DNA of 64,000 nt from an uncultured Turicimonas sp. (GCA_947854175.1 CANTYJ010000071.1:2010-66009); one strand, 5' to 3'. Counted from the first letter of the stretch, positions 37,575-47,301 are shown. Numbers and translations: made by a program. Notes: generated by a model from the letters alone, not told the origin.

Positions 37575-38670
37575 CCGGTTTTTAAAATACTCTGTCCGCC
37601 TCTGGAGAGCTTTTTTCTACTCTCCTCTGGCTTCCGTTTTAACGATAGGTCTATTGCTGTTTTTTGGCTTAGCCGGATGGTATGTTTGGCAATGGGGAAT
37701 TGCAGACGCTGTTTTTAGAGCAGACTTTAAAGCCTGTATGCAAGCTCAAGACGGAGCTTGTTGGGGCTTCGTCACTGAAAAATGGAGGCTCATTATTTTC
37801 GGCCGCTTCCCTTATGAGCTTCAGTGGCGGCCTGCCGCCGGGACAGGTGTTGTCCTTTTAATGCTCATTATCTCTGCGTTTCCTCAGACCTGGACAAAGC
37901 GGGGAGCAAAGTGGTTAGCTTCCGGCTGGGTTTTGGCCTTAGCAATATTTTTTATACTGATGAAAGGCGGAATCTTCGGTCTTGAGGAGGTCGACTCAGA
38001 CAGTTGGGGAGGCTTGCCTCTTACTATTATCCTGACCCTATTAGGCATGACTCTGTCTGCTCCTATCGGAATAGCTCTGGCAATCGGAAGACGTTCAAAA
38101 ATGACTGTCATCCGCAATCTGTCTATCGGCTACATCGAACTCATCCGCGGAGTCCCTTTAATCACTGTTCTATTTGTAGCCTCTTTTATATTTCCTCTTC
38201 TTCTTCCTGCCGGCTGGCGGATTGATGCCTTCTGGCGCATTGTTGCCGGCATCGTGCTTTTTCAGGCTGCATATATGGCGGAAACCATCCGCGGAGGATT
38301 GCAGACAATACCGGAAGGTCAATTCTATGCAGCAGACTCTTTGGGATTAAACCGTTTTCAGGTATATGTTTATATCATTTTGCCTCAGGCTTTCGTCACG
38401 ATCATCCCGGCCTTTGTCAACAGTCTGCTCTCGACATTTATGGATACTTCTCTGGTGACGATTGTCTCAATGTATGATTTAACCGGCAGCCTCAGACTTG
38501 CTCTGGGCGATCCCAATTGGCGCAATTTCTTCCTTGAAGGCTATTTATTTATTGCCATAATCTACTTTGTCTTCAGTTTTATTATGTCCAGATATAGCAT
38601 CTGGCTTGAGAAGAGGATTGAAAGAAAGAAACAAGGCGCCATGGTTCAAACCGGCACCGCATCAGCATAG
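37564..38670 (+). CDS. aapM: Amino acid ABC transporter permease (AapM-like)
   Basis: 368 aa. Motifs GIALAIGRRS, IELIRGVPLITVLF, YAADSLGLNRFQVYVYIILPQA. Overlaps the aapQ end by 11 nt. Confidence 0.8.
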   Translation: MGRNRFLKYSVRLWRAFFYSPLASVLTIGLLLFFGLAGWYVWQWGIADAVFRADFKACMQAQDGACWGFVTEKWRLIIFGRFPYELQWRPAAGTGVVLLMLIISAFPQTWTKRGAKWLASGWVLALAIFFILMKGGIFGLEEVDSDSWGGLPLTIILTLLGMTLSAPIGIALAIGRRSKMTVIRNLSIGYIELIRGVPLITVLFVASFIFPLLLPAGWRIDAFWRIVAGIVLFQAAYMAETIRGGLQTIPEGQFYAADSLGLNRFQVYVYIILPQAFVTIIPAFVNSLLSTFMDTSLVTIVSMYDLTGSLRLALGDPNWRNFFLEGYLFIAIIYFVFSFIMSRYSIWLEKRIERKKQGAMVQTGTASA

Positions 38671-38678
38671 GATAAGAA

Positions 38679-39179
38679 ATGCAAAAGGTTCATGAACATA
38701 TCATTCGGATGTCGAAACCTTCCGATGAGGCTTCACTGCAAATTACAAGACAAGATTTATGGGGGGCGTTGATGTTTTTTGCAACACACCCGGAGGACTT
38801 CATTGAGGCACTTGACTCAGCAGAAATTGATGAAGATCTGCACCCGGACGGTAAAGTCACTCTATCAAGAACTTTAGACTTCGGGCCTTATCATGTTAAA
38901 GACAAGGTATTAACAGAACCGGAAAATAAAATCACTTTTGAGATTCAGGAGTCTGAATCAATTCCGGCAAGCAAATTTGAAATTCAGATCGAGGAGCCGG
39001 AGCAGAACGTCTTCTTCCTTCGGTTCACATACTATGAAGACACTGCCCACAAGTCACTTGAAGGGGCCGCACAATATCAATCACTGAGAACTCAAGCTTG
39101 GGAAAATAAAGACTTAGACGTCTGCCAAAAACTGATTTTGATGATTACTGACGGAGCTTTCGCTAAAACTAAGCACTAA
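38679..39179 (+). CDS. DUF1857 / SRPBCC-like protein (tentative)
   Basis: 166 aa. ITRQDLWGALMFFATHPEDFIEALDS resembles the DUF1857 N-terminal signature. Sits where an ABC ATPase would be expected. Confidence 0.4.
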   Translation: MQKVHEHIIRMSKPSDEASLQITRQDLWGALMFFATHPEDFIEALDSAEIDEDLHPDGKVTLSRTLDFGPYHVKDKVLTEPENKITFEIQESESIPASKFEIQIEEPEQNVFFLRFTYYEDTAHKSLEGAAQYQSLRTQAWENKDLDVCQKLILMITDGAFAKTKH

Positions 39180-39199
39180 AAAATCCACCTAAAAAACTT

Positions 39200-39230
39200 A
39201 AGCTCCGCACCTGTCAAAAGTACGGAGCTT
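39200..39230. terminator. Bidirectional terminator between the DUF1857-like gene and ahpC
   Basis: AAGCTCCG/CGGAGCTT stem flanked by an A-run (39191-39196) and a T-run (39229-39233). Confidence 0.65.
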
Positions 39231-39253
39231 TTTATTTAGGCCGAAGGCTTGAA

Positions 39254-39817
39254 TTAGATCTTACCGACGAGATCAAGACCCGGTTTCAAAGTCTTCTTAC
39301 CAGGTTGCCATTTGGCTGGGCATACGAGGCCAGGGTTGGCTTCTACGAACTGTGCAGCTTGAACCTTACGAAGGAGTTCAGTTGCGTCACGACCGATACC
39401 ACCGTCATGAATTTCGCAAACAACAATCTTGCCGCTCGGATTGATAACGAATGTACCGCGCTGAGCCAAGCCTGCATCTTCAATCATGACACCGAAGTTA
39501 CGTGTTAACTTACCTGTCGGATCACCTACCATCGGGAACTGTACTTTCTTGATGGCAGGAGAATTGTCATGCCATGCTTTGTGTGTAAAGTGTGTATCTG
39601 TAGAAACAGAGTAGATTTCTACGCCGATCTTCTGGAATTCAGCATATTGTTCAGCCAAGTCTTCCAATTCTGTCGGGCAAACAAATGTGAAGTCAGCCGG
39701 ATAGAAGAAAACGACAGACCATTTGCCGAGCAAATCTTTTTCTGTGATAGAAACAAATTCGCCGTTCTTGAATGCTTCAGCCTGGAACGGCTGTAATTGA
39801 GTACCGATTAAAGACAT
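39254..39817 (-). CDS. ahpC: Alkyl hydroperoxide reductase C (typical 2-Cys peroxiredoxin)
   Basis: 187 aa. Peroxidatic FTFVCPTE and resolving VCPAKW. No ahpF adjacent. Confidence 0.92.
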   Translation of the reverse strand: MSLIGTQLQPFQAEAFKNGEFVSITEKDLLGKWSVVFFYPADFTFVCPTELEDLAEQYAEFQKIGVEIYSVSTDTHFTHKAWHDNSPAIKKVQFPMVGDPTGKLTRNFGVMIEDAGLAQRGTFVINPSGKIVVCEIHDGGIGRDATELLRKVQAAQFVEANPGLVCPAKWQPGKKTLKPGLDLVGKI

Positions 39818-40032
39818 TGTTGTCTCTCCTTTAAAAATTTCTGAGTAGTCTAAGGAAGCATTAGGGTTTTGTCCAATAAATGTTGACTATATTTGTCATC
39901 GAATTTTTCTATCGCAACATTTGAGCACGCTTTCCTCCTCTTACATTTTTCTCACATTTGGTTTGAAAATTTTTGTTGCTAATAGGTGTGTTACCTCTAT
40001 ATGATTACGACATTACCACTCAGGAGATTTAA

Positions 40033-41304
40033 ATGGCTGAAGAAATTAAATTGCCTCCCCTTCCCAACCAGGTTGTAGAAGCTTTCAATCAAATCAAAAC
40101 TTTTGAACCGGTTATCAAAGCGATTGCTGCTGCAAAAGACGAACAGGAAAGAACCCTCAAAGATCAGGTGGAAATTACAGAAATAGAAGCGGCCCCTTTC
40201 CACGAAGAAACGAGAGCAAAAGACTTTGCCCGCAGACTACAAGATCTTGGCCTGACTAATGTCAGGATCGACCAGGAAGGTAACGTCATTGGTATTCGCC
40301 CGGGAGTCGGTAACGGTCCTCGTCTTGTGCTTGCTGCTCACCTGGATACAGTTTTCCCGATGGGAACCGACGTAAAAGTACGCCGTGAAGGCAACAAATT
40401 CTTCGCTCCGGGGATCTCTGACGATGCCAGAGGTTTGGCAGTTATCCTCGAAGTTCTCAGAGCAATTCAGGAAAATAATATTGAAACCGTCGGAGATCTT
40501 CTCTTTATTGGATCTGTTGGCGAAGAAGGCAATGGCGACCTTAGAGGTACAAAGTATCTCTTTAAAACAAATGAAGAACACGTTGACGGATTCGTCTCTG
40601 TCGACGGAGCCAACGTTAACAGAATTCTTCACGGTTCAACCGGTTCACGCCGCTTCCGTGTAACTTTTGAAGGCCCCGGCGGACACAGCTGGAGTGCTTT
40701 CGGTACAGCCAGTGCGATTCATGCACTCGGCAGAGCAATTGCCAAGATCTCTGATCTTCAGGTTCCGGAAGAACCAAAAACAACTTTCACCGTTGGAACG
40801 ATTGTCGGTGGTACCACTGTTAACTCCATTGCAGCATCAGCCACTATGGAAATTGACACCCGTTCTGTTAACAATGAAGAACTCAACAAACTGGTTGATC
40901 GTGTTCTCCCGTTGCTTCAAGAAGCTGCTGATGAAGAAAACGCCCGCTGGAAAGCTGAAGGCGATATGCAGATCAAAGTCAAGATTGTCCCGATTGGCGA
41001 ACGTCCTGCCGGTGATCAGAAAGATGACTCTCCGGTTCTTCTTGCAGCCCGTGGAGCCATGGATGCGCTTGGCATTGAATTAAAGAAATACACCTGCGCA
41101 AGTACCGATCAGAATGTTCCAATTAGCCTTGGCATTCCTGCAACCACTCTTGGCGGTGGCGGCACCGAAGGATTCAATCACAATGTTAAGGAATGGTTCG
41201 ATGCAACAGATGCTTTCCTCGGCCCACAGTTAGCATTGATGACCGCCTTATCGTTAGTTGGCATCAAAGGTAGATCCGAACCGCTTCTTCCTAAGAGAAA
41301 CTAA
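40033..41304 (+). CDS. M20-family metallopeptidase (peptidase T-like)
   Basis: 423 aa. Motifs AAHLDTVF, GISDDARG, GSVGEEGNGDLRG, and HS in GGHSWS. Confidence 0.78.
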   Translation: MAEEIKLPPLPNQVVEAFNQIKTFEPVIKAIAAAKDEQERTLKDQVEITEIEAAPFHEETRAKDFARRLQDLGLTNVRIDQEGNVIGIRPGVGNGPRLVLAAHLDTVFPMGTDVKVRREGNKFFAPGISDDARGLAVILEVLRAIQENNIETVGDLLFIGSVGEEGNGDLRGTKYLFKTNEEHVDGFVSVDGANVNRILHGSTGSRRFRVTFEGPGGHSWSAFGTASAIHALGRAIAKISDLQVPEEPKTTFTVGTIVGGTTVNSIAASATMEIDTRSVNNEELNKLVDRVLPLLQEAADEENARWKAEGDMQIKVKIVPIGERPAGDQKDDSPVLLAARGAMDALGIELKKYTCASTDQNVPISLGIPATTLGGGGTEGFNHNVKEWFDATDAFLGPQLALMTALSLVGIKGRSEPLLPKRN

Positions 41305-41324
41305 CAATAATCTTGCTTAATCAG

Positions 41325-41349
41325 AGAGCTCCTTTTCGGAGCTCTTTTT
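41325..41349 (+). terminator. Intrinsic terminator of the M20 peptidase gene
   Basis: AGAGCTCC/GGAGCTCT stem, TTTTC loop, T5. Confidence 0.8.
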
Positions 41350-41508
41350 CATGGTACATCACTGGACTGTCTAGATTTGCATTTTTTCTTCTCACAGATG
41401 AATAACGATCCCAACTCCAACCGATTGGACATTCAATAGTTCGTTTGTTAGCCATAAATACATTATTTCGGAAATCCAACTTACTCCTTGAATCAAACAC
41501 ATTTTTAG

Positions 41509-41530
41509 CCGAACTTAATCCGAACTTAAT
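41509..41530 (+). repeat. Perfect tandem duplication, 2 x 11 nt (CCGAACTTAAT)
   Basis: Read directly at 41509-41519 and 41520-41530, in the AT-rich leader of the SNF2 gene. Confidence 0.95.
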
Positions 41531-41605
41531 TTAATTACTCATTAAGCCTGATTAAACGTGCAAAATAACAGGTCAGGAGAAAACTGGACTTTAAGGATCT
41601 TTGTA

Positions 41606-44600
41606 ATGGCAAGAACAGAATACGGAACTACCTGGTGGGGACAAAAGTGGCTTGAAGCTCTAAACGGAATGGACTACAGTGGCCGACTACCCAGAGGTAA
41701 AAGTTATGCCAACACGGGTAAAGTCTTGTCTTTCACTATAGATGAAAATAAAGGACTGATTAAAGCAAAAGTTGCAGGGCATTACGAACCGTTCTACCGT
41801 ATCAAAATCTCATTACCTCCGATTACCGAGCAGCAGCATAAAAAACTGATAGCCGAAATCAATAAATCTCCTCTAGTTCTTGCCAAATTAACCGCCCGCC
41901 AATTAGATCCTTCCGTTCTCACTATTTGCGATAAATTACACATTAAGCTGTTCCCAAAATCTTGGCAGGATTTAGATCTGTCATGCTCTTGTCCTGATTA
42001 TGCGGTTCCTTGCAAACATATTGCCGCCGTAATTTATAAAATTAGCCAGGAAATTGATGCCAACCCGTTTGTGCTTTTCAAATTACGGGGTATCGATTTA
42101 ATTTCAGATTTACAAAAAAACGGGCTTTCCATTGAACGTGCAACTCATGCCGAACTGCCGACATGGAAAGAGCTAATACATACTGAAAAAACCATTCCTG
42201 ACGGAATTGAGCCCGAATCGTGGGAAGTATATACACCACAGGGGCGACAAGAATGGCTACGAAATATTTCAAATCTGAGTTATACACAAATTAATTTCGA
42301 TCCCGAATCCATCGTAAAAATTCTGTCTCCTGCACCTGCCGGTTATGTCCATGGAGACTTACGAGAGTTTGTCCGTAAAGTCCTTAATAAAGCTTCTAAA
42401 CTTGCCTCTGAACAGATAAAAAACACTTCCGAAAGAACACCTCCCTCCTATCACGGCGAACACGCTATGCTTTGTGTTAACACCTGGGGTCAGACTATTG
42501 CTGAAGAAGGTTTGTCATGGAAAGAATTTGATCCTTACAAAGGTGGACTGGTAGATAGAAGCATAGGAGCACTCCGACATGACGGCACACAGGTTGCCCT
42601 TCATGAAATGTTCTCCGGCTATATAAATCCCGAGCGACTTGCGGACAGTTCCGAATTCATAGAGGCTCTCTATAACGCGTGGCTTATCGCTTCCAAATTA
42701 ACCGTCGCTTCTGCTGTTATTCCAAGAATCTATGAACCGACAGAGGAGTGTTTTACAGTCGATTGGATACCGGCTACTTCCAATCTAGAGATTCAAAAAC
42801 TAACCATTCTTCTAGGCAACCTTTTGGAAGGTATTCCCTCTTACTATGTCGATATCTTGGATCGTCCTGAATACTTCTCTCCCCAGACATTAGGAGAAAT
42901 CTTTTTAGGAATGTTCATCCAAAGCTACATCAAGGCAGCCTATGAAGAGTTAATGTCGGAGCGGGAACCACTTTTAGAGCAGGACGCACTTTTTGCAGGA
43001 CAATTTATCGATTGTGAAGACGATAAAACGCTGCAAGCTACTCGTCTTAGACTAACGGACTGGCTCAGTGCACTAACCATCGCCCGTGTAAATTTATTGC
43101 CCGTACTGACAGTCAAAGACCTGGAAAATCCGGGTGCTAAAGCACGCAGTGCCATAGACGCTTTTGGCAGGGCGGTTTCCATTGAATTAGGTTTTGAAAT
43201 TCCGTCTGAGAAAGAGGACGACGTAGCACCATATTTTTCATTTGGCCAATTTCTACGTGATTCAGAACTTTCAGATTTGAAATTCGATGCAATGAGAGCG
43301 AGCGCAAAACTCTCCGATTATTGCCCTGAGCTATCAAAAATTTTAGAAGACGCTTCAGCACGGACCTCTTTAACGATGGAGCAGTTGACTCCATTAATGT
43401 TCAACTCATTACCGGCTCTGTCCATGTTAGGCGTCAAAGTTATATTGCCTAGCTCTCTCAAACATCTTTTGACTCCGCAAATGAGTCTTAACATGGATAT
43501 TGAGCAAGATTGGGACAAAAGCACCGGTCTGATGGGATTGGCCAGTCTCTTGGATTTCAACTGGCAAATAGCCATCGGTATGAATACGTTAACAGCACAG
43601 GAATTTGCCCGCATCTCAGGGAATGCCGGTCAAATCGTTAAATTCCATAATGAATTTGTGTACGTAGACCCAAAACAAATTTCTGATATTCAGAGAAAAC
43701 TGCGTAGCAAAGGGACGCCACCCAGCCGAGGAGCCCTTATACGAGGATTGTTAACGGGACAATTAGACAAAACAAATGTCCTGCTTAGTGACTCAGTTAA
43801 AAAATCTCTGGCAGAACTCTTCGAAGAAAAACGCATCGATACACCCAAGTCATTGAACGCAAACCTGCGACATTATCAGGAACGAGGATATCAATGGCTA
43901 ATGCGAAATATGCAAATCGGAGTTGGTTCTATTCTTGCCGACGATATGGGGCTGGGTAAAACTATTCAGGTCTTAACTTTTCTCGATAAATTAAGAGAAA
44001 ATGGGCTACTGACTAAAAAACCCGGTCTAATTGTTGTCCCAACCTCTCTATTAGCAAACTGGCAAAGGGAGGCGACTAAATTCACGCCTAAATTAAAAGT
44101 ACAGCTTTACTATGGGCAATCAAGGGATTTTGATCCACAGAAGACCCATGTTGTGTTAACCACTTATGGAACATTGCGCAGAGACACTTCTCTTCAGAAA
44201 CAAAAATATTCTGTTTTAATCATCGATGAAGCCCAAGCCATAAAAAATCATAAGACATCTACTTTCAAGACCGTTAAAAACATCAAAGCCGATCACTGTG
44301 TTGCCATGAGCGGAACACCGGTCGAGAACCGTCTCTTGGAATACTGGTCAATTATGGAAGCAGTCAACCCTGGACTTCTGGGTTCAGAGACAGGATTCAA
44401 GAAAGAGTTTGCGGATCCTATTGAGGTCCGACACGATCTTCCTTCAGCAGAAAGATTCAAACAATTAACTGCGCCGTTTATTCTCAGAAGACTCAAGTCT
44501 GATAAAAAAATCATCAGCGACTTACCTGACAAAATTAGTATCGATGAATTCTGCACGTTGACACCTGAGCAGGTTGCACTCTATAAGGAGACAGTCGATC

Positions 44601-45283
44601 GCGCGATGGACAAACTCAACGCCGGCTTGCAAGATTTTGCACGCAGAGCCTTAGTTCTTCAACTCATAACACAGTTAAAGCAGATCTGTAATGCTCCGCT
44701 TCAATACGAAAAAAATTCTCCCTATAAAGAACCTCATTATTCAGGCAAAATGGAGAGACTTTTTGAAATTCTAGACAACGTTATATCCTCAGGAAAGAAA
44801 GCTTTGATCTTTACTCAATTTAAAGAAATGGGAACTCTATTGCAGAAATGGATCGGTGAACGCTATAACAAAAAGCCCAACTTCATCCATGGTGGAGTGG
44901 GAGTTAAACGTCGCCAGGAAATCGTGGATTCATTTCAAACAGATAGAAGCGACAAACTGCTAATACTCTCGTTAAAAGCCGCCGGTACCGGCTTGAACCT
45001 TACGGCAGCTTCCGCTGTCATCCATTATGATTTATGGTGGAATCCTGCAGTTGAGGCTCAAGCCACTGACCGTGCCTATCGAATTGGTCAAAAAGATAAT
45101 GTCACTGTCTACAGACTGATTTCTGCAGACACGTTTGAGGAAAAAATTAATGCGTTAATTGAGTCTAAGAAAGCTTTAGCAGAAATGACTGTTGCAACAG
45201 GCGAACACTGGTTAACGGATTTAACAGACAAACAACTCAACGAGATTTTTACTATTAACAAAAAATTGACCGAAGCTGATTAA
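41606..45283 (+). CDS. SWIM zinc-finger + SNF2-associated domain + SNF2/Rad54-family ATPase
   Basis: 1225 aa from ATG 41606 (AAGGA 8 nt upstream). SWIM CSCPDYAVPCKH at 41984-42019. Helicase motifs DDMGLGKT, DEAQAIKN, SGTPVENR and QATDRAYRIGQ. Confidence 0.85.
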   Translation: MARTEYGTTWWGQKWLEALNGMDYSGRLPRGKSYANTGKVLSFTIDENKGLIKAKVAGHYEPFYRIKISLPPITEQQHKKLIAEINKSPLVLAKLTARQLDPSVLTICDKLHIKLFPKSWQDLDLSCSCPDYAVPCKHIAAVIYKISQEIDANPFVLFKLRGIDLISDLQKNGLSIERATHAELPTWKELIHTEKTIPDGIEPESWEVYTPQGRQEWLRNISNLSYTQINFDPESIVKILSPAPAGYVHGDLREFVRKVLNKASKLASEQIKNTSERTPPSYHGEHAMLCVNTWGQTIAEEGLSWKEFDPYKGGLVDRSIGALRHDGTQVALHEMFSGYINPERLADSSEFIEALYNAWLIASKLTVASAVIPRIYEPTEECFTVDWIPATSNLEIQKLTILLGNLLEGIPSYYVDILDRPEYFSPQTLGEIFLGMFIQSYIKAAYEELMSEREPLLEQDALFAGQFIDCEDDKTLQATRLRLTDWLSALTIARVNLLPVLTVKDLENPGAKARSAIDAFGRAVSIELGFEIPSEKEDDVAPYFSFGQFLRDSELSDLKFDAMRASAKLSDYCPELSKILEDASARTSLTMEQLTPLMFNSLPALSMLGVKVILPSSLKHLLTPQMSLNMDIEQDWDKSTGLMGLASLLDFNWQIAIGMNTLTAQEFARISGNAGQIVKFHNEFVYVDPKQISDIQRKLRSKGTPPSRGALIRGLLTGQLDKTNVLLSDSVKKSLAELFEEKRIDTPKSLNANLRHYQERGYQWLMRNMQIGVGSILADDMGLGKTIQVLTFLDKLRENGLLTKKPGLIVVPTSLLANWQREATKFTPKLKVQLYYGQSRDFDPQKTHVVLTTYGTLRRDTSLQKQKYSVLIIDEAQAIKNHKTSTFKTVKNIKADHCVAMSGTPVENRLLEYWSIMEAVNPGLLGSETGFKKEFADPIEVRHDLPSAERFKQLTAPFILRRLKSDKKIISDLPDKISIDEFCTLTPEQVALYKETVDRAMDKLNAGLQDFARRALVLQLITQLKQICNAPLQYEKNSPYKEPHYSGKMERLFEILDNVISSGKKALIFTQFKEMGTLLQKWIGERYNKKPNFIHGGVGVKRRQEIVDSFQTDRSDKLLILSLKAAGTGLNLTAASAVIHYDLWWNPAVEAQATDRAYRIGQKDNVTVYRLISADTFEEKINALIESKKALAEMTVATGEHWLTDLTDKQLNEIFTINKKLTEAD

Positions 45284-45293
45284 GAATGTTAAT

Positions 45294-45326
45294 AAAGAAT
45301 AAGAGGCCCGGGGCCTCTTATTCTTT
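45294..45326. terminator. Strong bidirectional hairpin between convergent SNF2 and DAACS genes
   Basis: AAAGAATAAGAGGCCC/GGGCCTCTTATTCTTT near-perfect palindrome, about 14-16 bp stem. Confidence 0.8.
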
Positions 45327-45339
45327 CTAATTTTGTTGC

Positions 45340-46596
45340 TTAAGGCTTATTACCGAATAGATCCTTATTGACGGCTGTTGCTACTGTACCGTCCGAGAAA
45401 ACATTGAGCGTTGTTTCGATCATATCGACAACCGCATAGAACGGAAGAATAACACCCATCAGAAGGATTGGAACATCCATACTGGCCAACAAACTGGCAG
45501 AAAGGAAGAAGCATCCCATTGGAACTCCGGCATTACCGATAGCTGCGACAGTTGCAATAAATATCCAGAGGAGCATAGTCGTTCCCGTAATTGGGATTCC
45601 GGCATTCTGCATCAGATAAATTACTGTGATGAAAATAAAAGCTGCACAACCGTTCATGTTGATTGTTGTACAAATCGGCAATACGAATCTGGAAACTTCC
45701 GGATGAATTTTCAGATTGTTTTCTGCGCTTGCCATAGTGACAGGTAGCGTGCCCGCAGAAGACTTGGAAAAGAATGCAACCGCTAAGGCCGGGAACATTC
45801 CTTTAACCACCTTGATAGGATTAATTCCCTTGACCAACAGGAAAGCCGGTAAAACGATAAACATCTGAATAAGGTTGGCGCATATAACAACCAGGAAATA
45901 GGTTGCTAAGCCTCCGAGTTGAATTCCACTGGATAACTCTTGGGCTAAAGATGCAATAAAACCAAAAATACCCAACGGCAGAATTACAATCAGCCACTTG
46001 ACCATAATAAATAAGATCTGTTGGCAGGCTGTAAAGAAGTTTGTAATAACGTCTTTTGGTTTTGTATGTGGAGGTAACTTTGAAATAGCGATACCCACTG
46101 CAACTGACACTAGTAATACCGATAGAACATTAGCTGTCTGAAACGGAGTTATAAAGTTATCAGGAATGACTGACTGTACGTAATCAAAGTAAGAACGTTT
46201 TGCAATATTTCCTACATCAGCAACACCCTCTTGAGGAAGTGCTACATTGGCCGGAGAAAAAATAAGATACAACACAGCGGCCAATCCTGCAGCCAATAAG
46301 GTCGTCAAAAGGGTATAAAAAATTGTGTGTTTAAAAATTCTTCCCGACTCTTCCGAATCTGAAATTGACGCTAGTGTTGAAATAATTGAAACCGCAATAA
46401 TCGGAATACTAATAAATTTAAATAACTTGACAAAAACGGTACTCAAGAAATGAGCCACATTATTGAGAAACTCGCCTCCCCAGACACCTACCCATATTCC
46501 AAATGCAATTGCAACAAAGTAAGCTATCAAAGTGGCGATACCGGCTCCATTCAGTTGGGGCCGCATTAGATTAGGTGTTTGATTGTCGGCGGACAT
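45340..46596 (-). CDS. Dicarboxylate/amino acid:cation symporter (DAACS family)
   Basis: 418 aa, polytopic. Motifs SKSSAGTLPVTM and PICTTINMNGCA (HP1/HP2-type reentrant loops). Confidence 0.85.
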   Translation of the reverse strand: MSADNQTPNLMRPQLNGAGIATLIAYFVAIAFGIWVGVWGGEFLNNVAHFLSTVFVKLFKFISIPIIAVSIISTLASISDSEESGRIFKHTIFYTLLTTLLAAGLAAVLYLIFSPANVALPQEGVADVGNIAKRSYFDYVQSVIPDNFITPFQTANVLSVLLVSVAVGIAISKLPPHTKPKDVITNFFTACQQILFIMVKWLIVILPLGIFGFIASLAQELSSGIQLGGLATYFLVVICANLIQMFIVLPAFLLVKGINPIKVVKGMFPALAVAFFSKSSAGTLPVTMASAENNLKIHPEVSRFVLPICTTINMNGCAAFIFITVIYLMQNAGIPITGTTMLLWIFIATVAAIGNAGVPMGCFFLSASLLASMDVPILLMGVILPFYAVVDMIETTLNVFSDGTVATAVNKDLFGNKP

Positions 46597-46908
46597 TTTC
46601 GTCTCTTCTCCCGCAAATGTTAGTTAATGTTTCAGTCCATTATGAAAGAATCATTAGCTATATAAAAGTTTTTGGATAGTTTTTTATCAAAATAGCCTCG
46701 ATTTAGGGTTGTAAGCTGACACCGCACCAAACCACTGTACACTTCCAGTATGTTTTTGATTGTTTGATTCTGTAGGCCAGAACAGAATTGAAAACAATGA
46801 ACCTTGAGAAAATATTTAACCGAGAAGTGTTTCAACTTTCTATACGTTGTAATGAAAATCCTCTCAAGTACAGATATAAGAAATGTTGTTAATTAGTGCA
46901 TTCATGTA

Positions 46909-47301
46909 ATGAAATACATAACTGGACTACACGCTCTAAACCTGGATTGCTCATTGAATACCTGTGGTGACTGGCATACGTCCGGTATTCAGTGGGAAAG
47001 CCCCTTTATAAAAGAGAGCATAAATAGTACATTCGGCAATTATGGAATTGAGGACAATTGCAGAGTTCCGCAACATCCAGGTTCTCATAAAGTCGCCAAC
47101 CATATTCGGTACTTCTGGATCTATTGGAGGATGGCAATTTCGGTTATGCACAAGGAATGTATTTGTACCGATGAATACAACTCAGAAATATTTGAAAAAA
47201 TTCTTCTATTAAAGAGTCACGAGAATGGGAAAACGGTAAATTCTTTTATGGGTAAAGAATACGGCCGTAAATGGCTAGATTTCATTAAATATCATGGATA
47301 A
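46909..47301 (+). CDS. Hypothetical protein, upstream partner of the AbiEii-like gene (not AbiEi-like); possibly damaged by compensating frameshifts
   Basis: 130 aa, MKYITGLHALNLDCSLNTCGDWH... The stop overlaps the downstream ATG by 8 nt. The internal stretch YFWIYWRMAISVMHKEC is compositionally odd, while another frame over the same nt reads VLLDLLEDGNFGYAQGM. Confidence 0.4.
   Translation: MKYITGLHALNLDCSLNTCGDWHTSGIQWESPFIKESINSTFGNYGIEDNCRVPQHPGSHKVANHIRYFWIYWRMAISVMHKECICTDEYNSEIFEKILLLKSHENGKTVNSFMGKEYGRKWLDFIKYHG

Noticed and set aside
41558-41605. GTG-initiated 16-codon N-terminal extension of the SNF2 protein (track start 41558)
   Set aside because: ATG 41606 has an AAGGA RBS at proper spacing, and the conserved MARTEYGTTWWGQKW N-terminus begins there.
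46797-46892. 31-codon ORF (MNLEKIFNREVFQLSIRCNENPLKYRYKKCC) just upstream of the AbiEii-like module
   Set aside because: It has no RBS and no recognisable similarity, and it lies in AT-rich sequence where short ORFs arise by chance. It could be a gene remnant, but that is unsupported.
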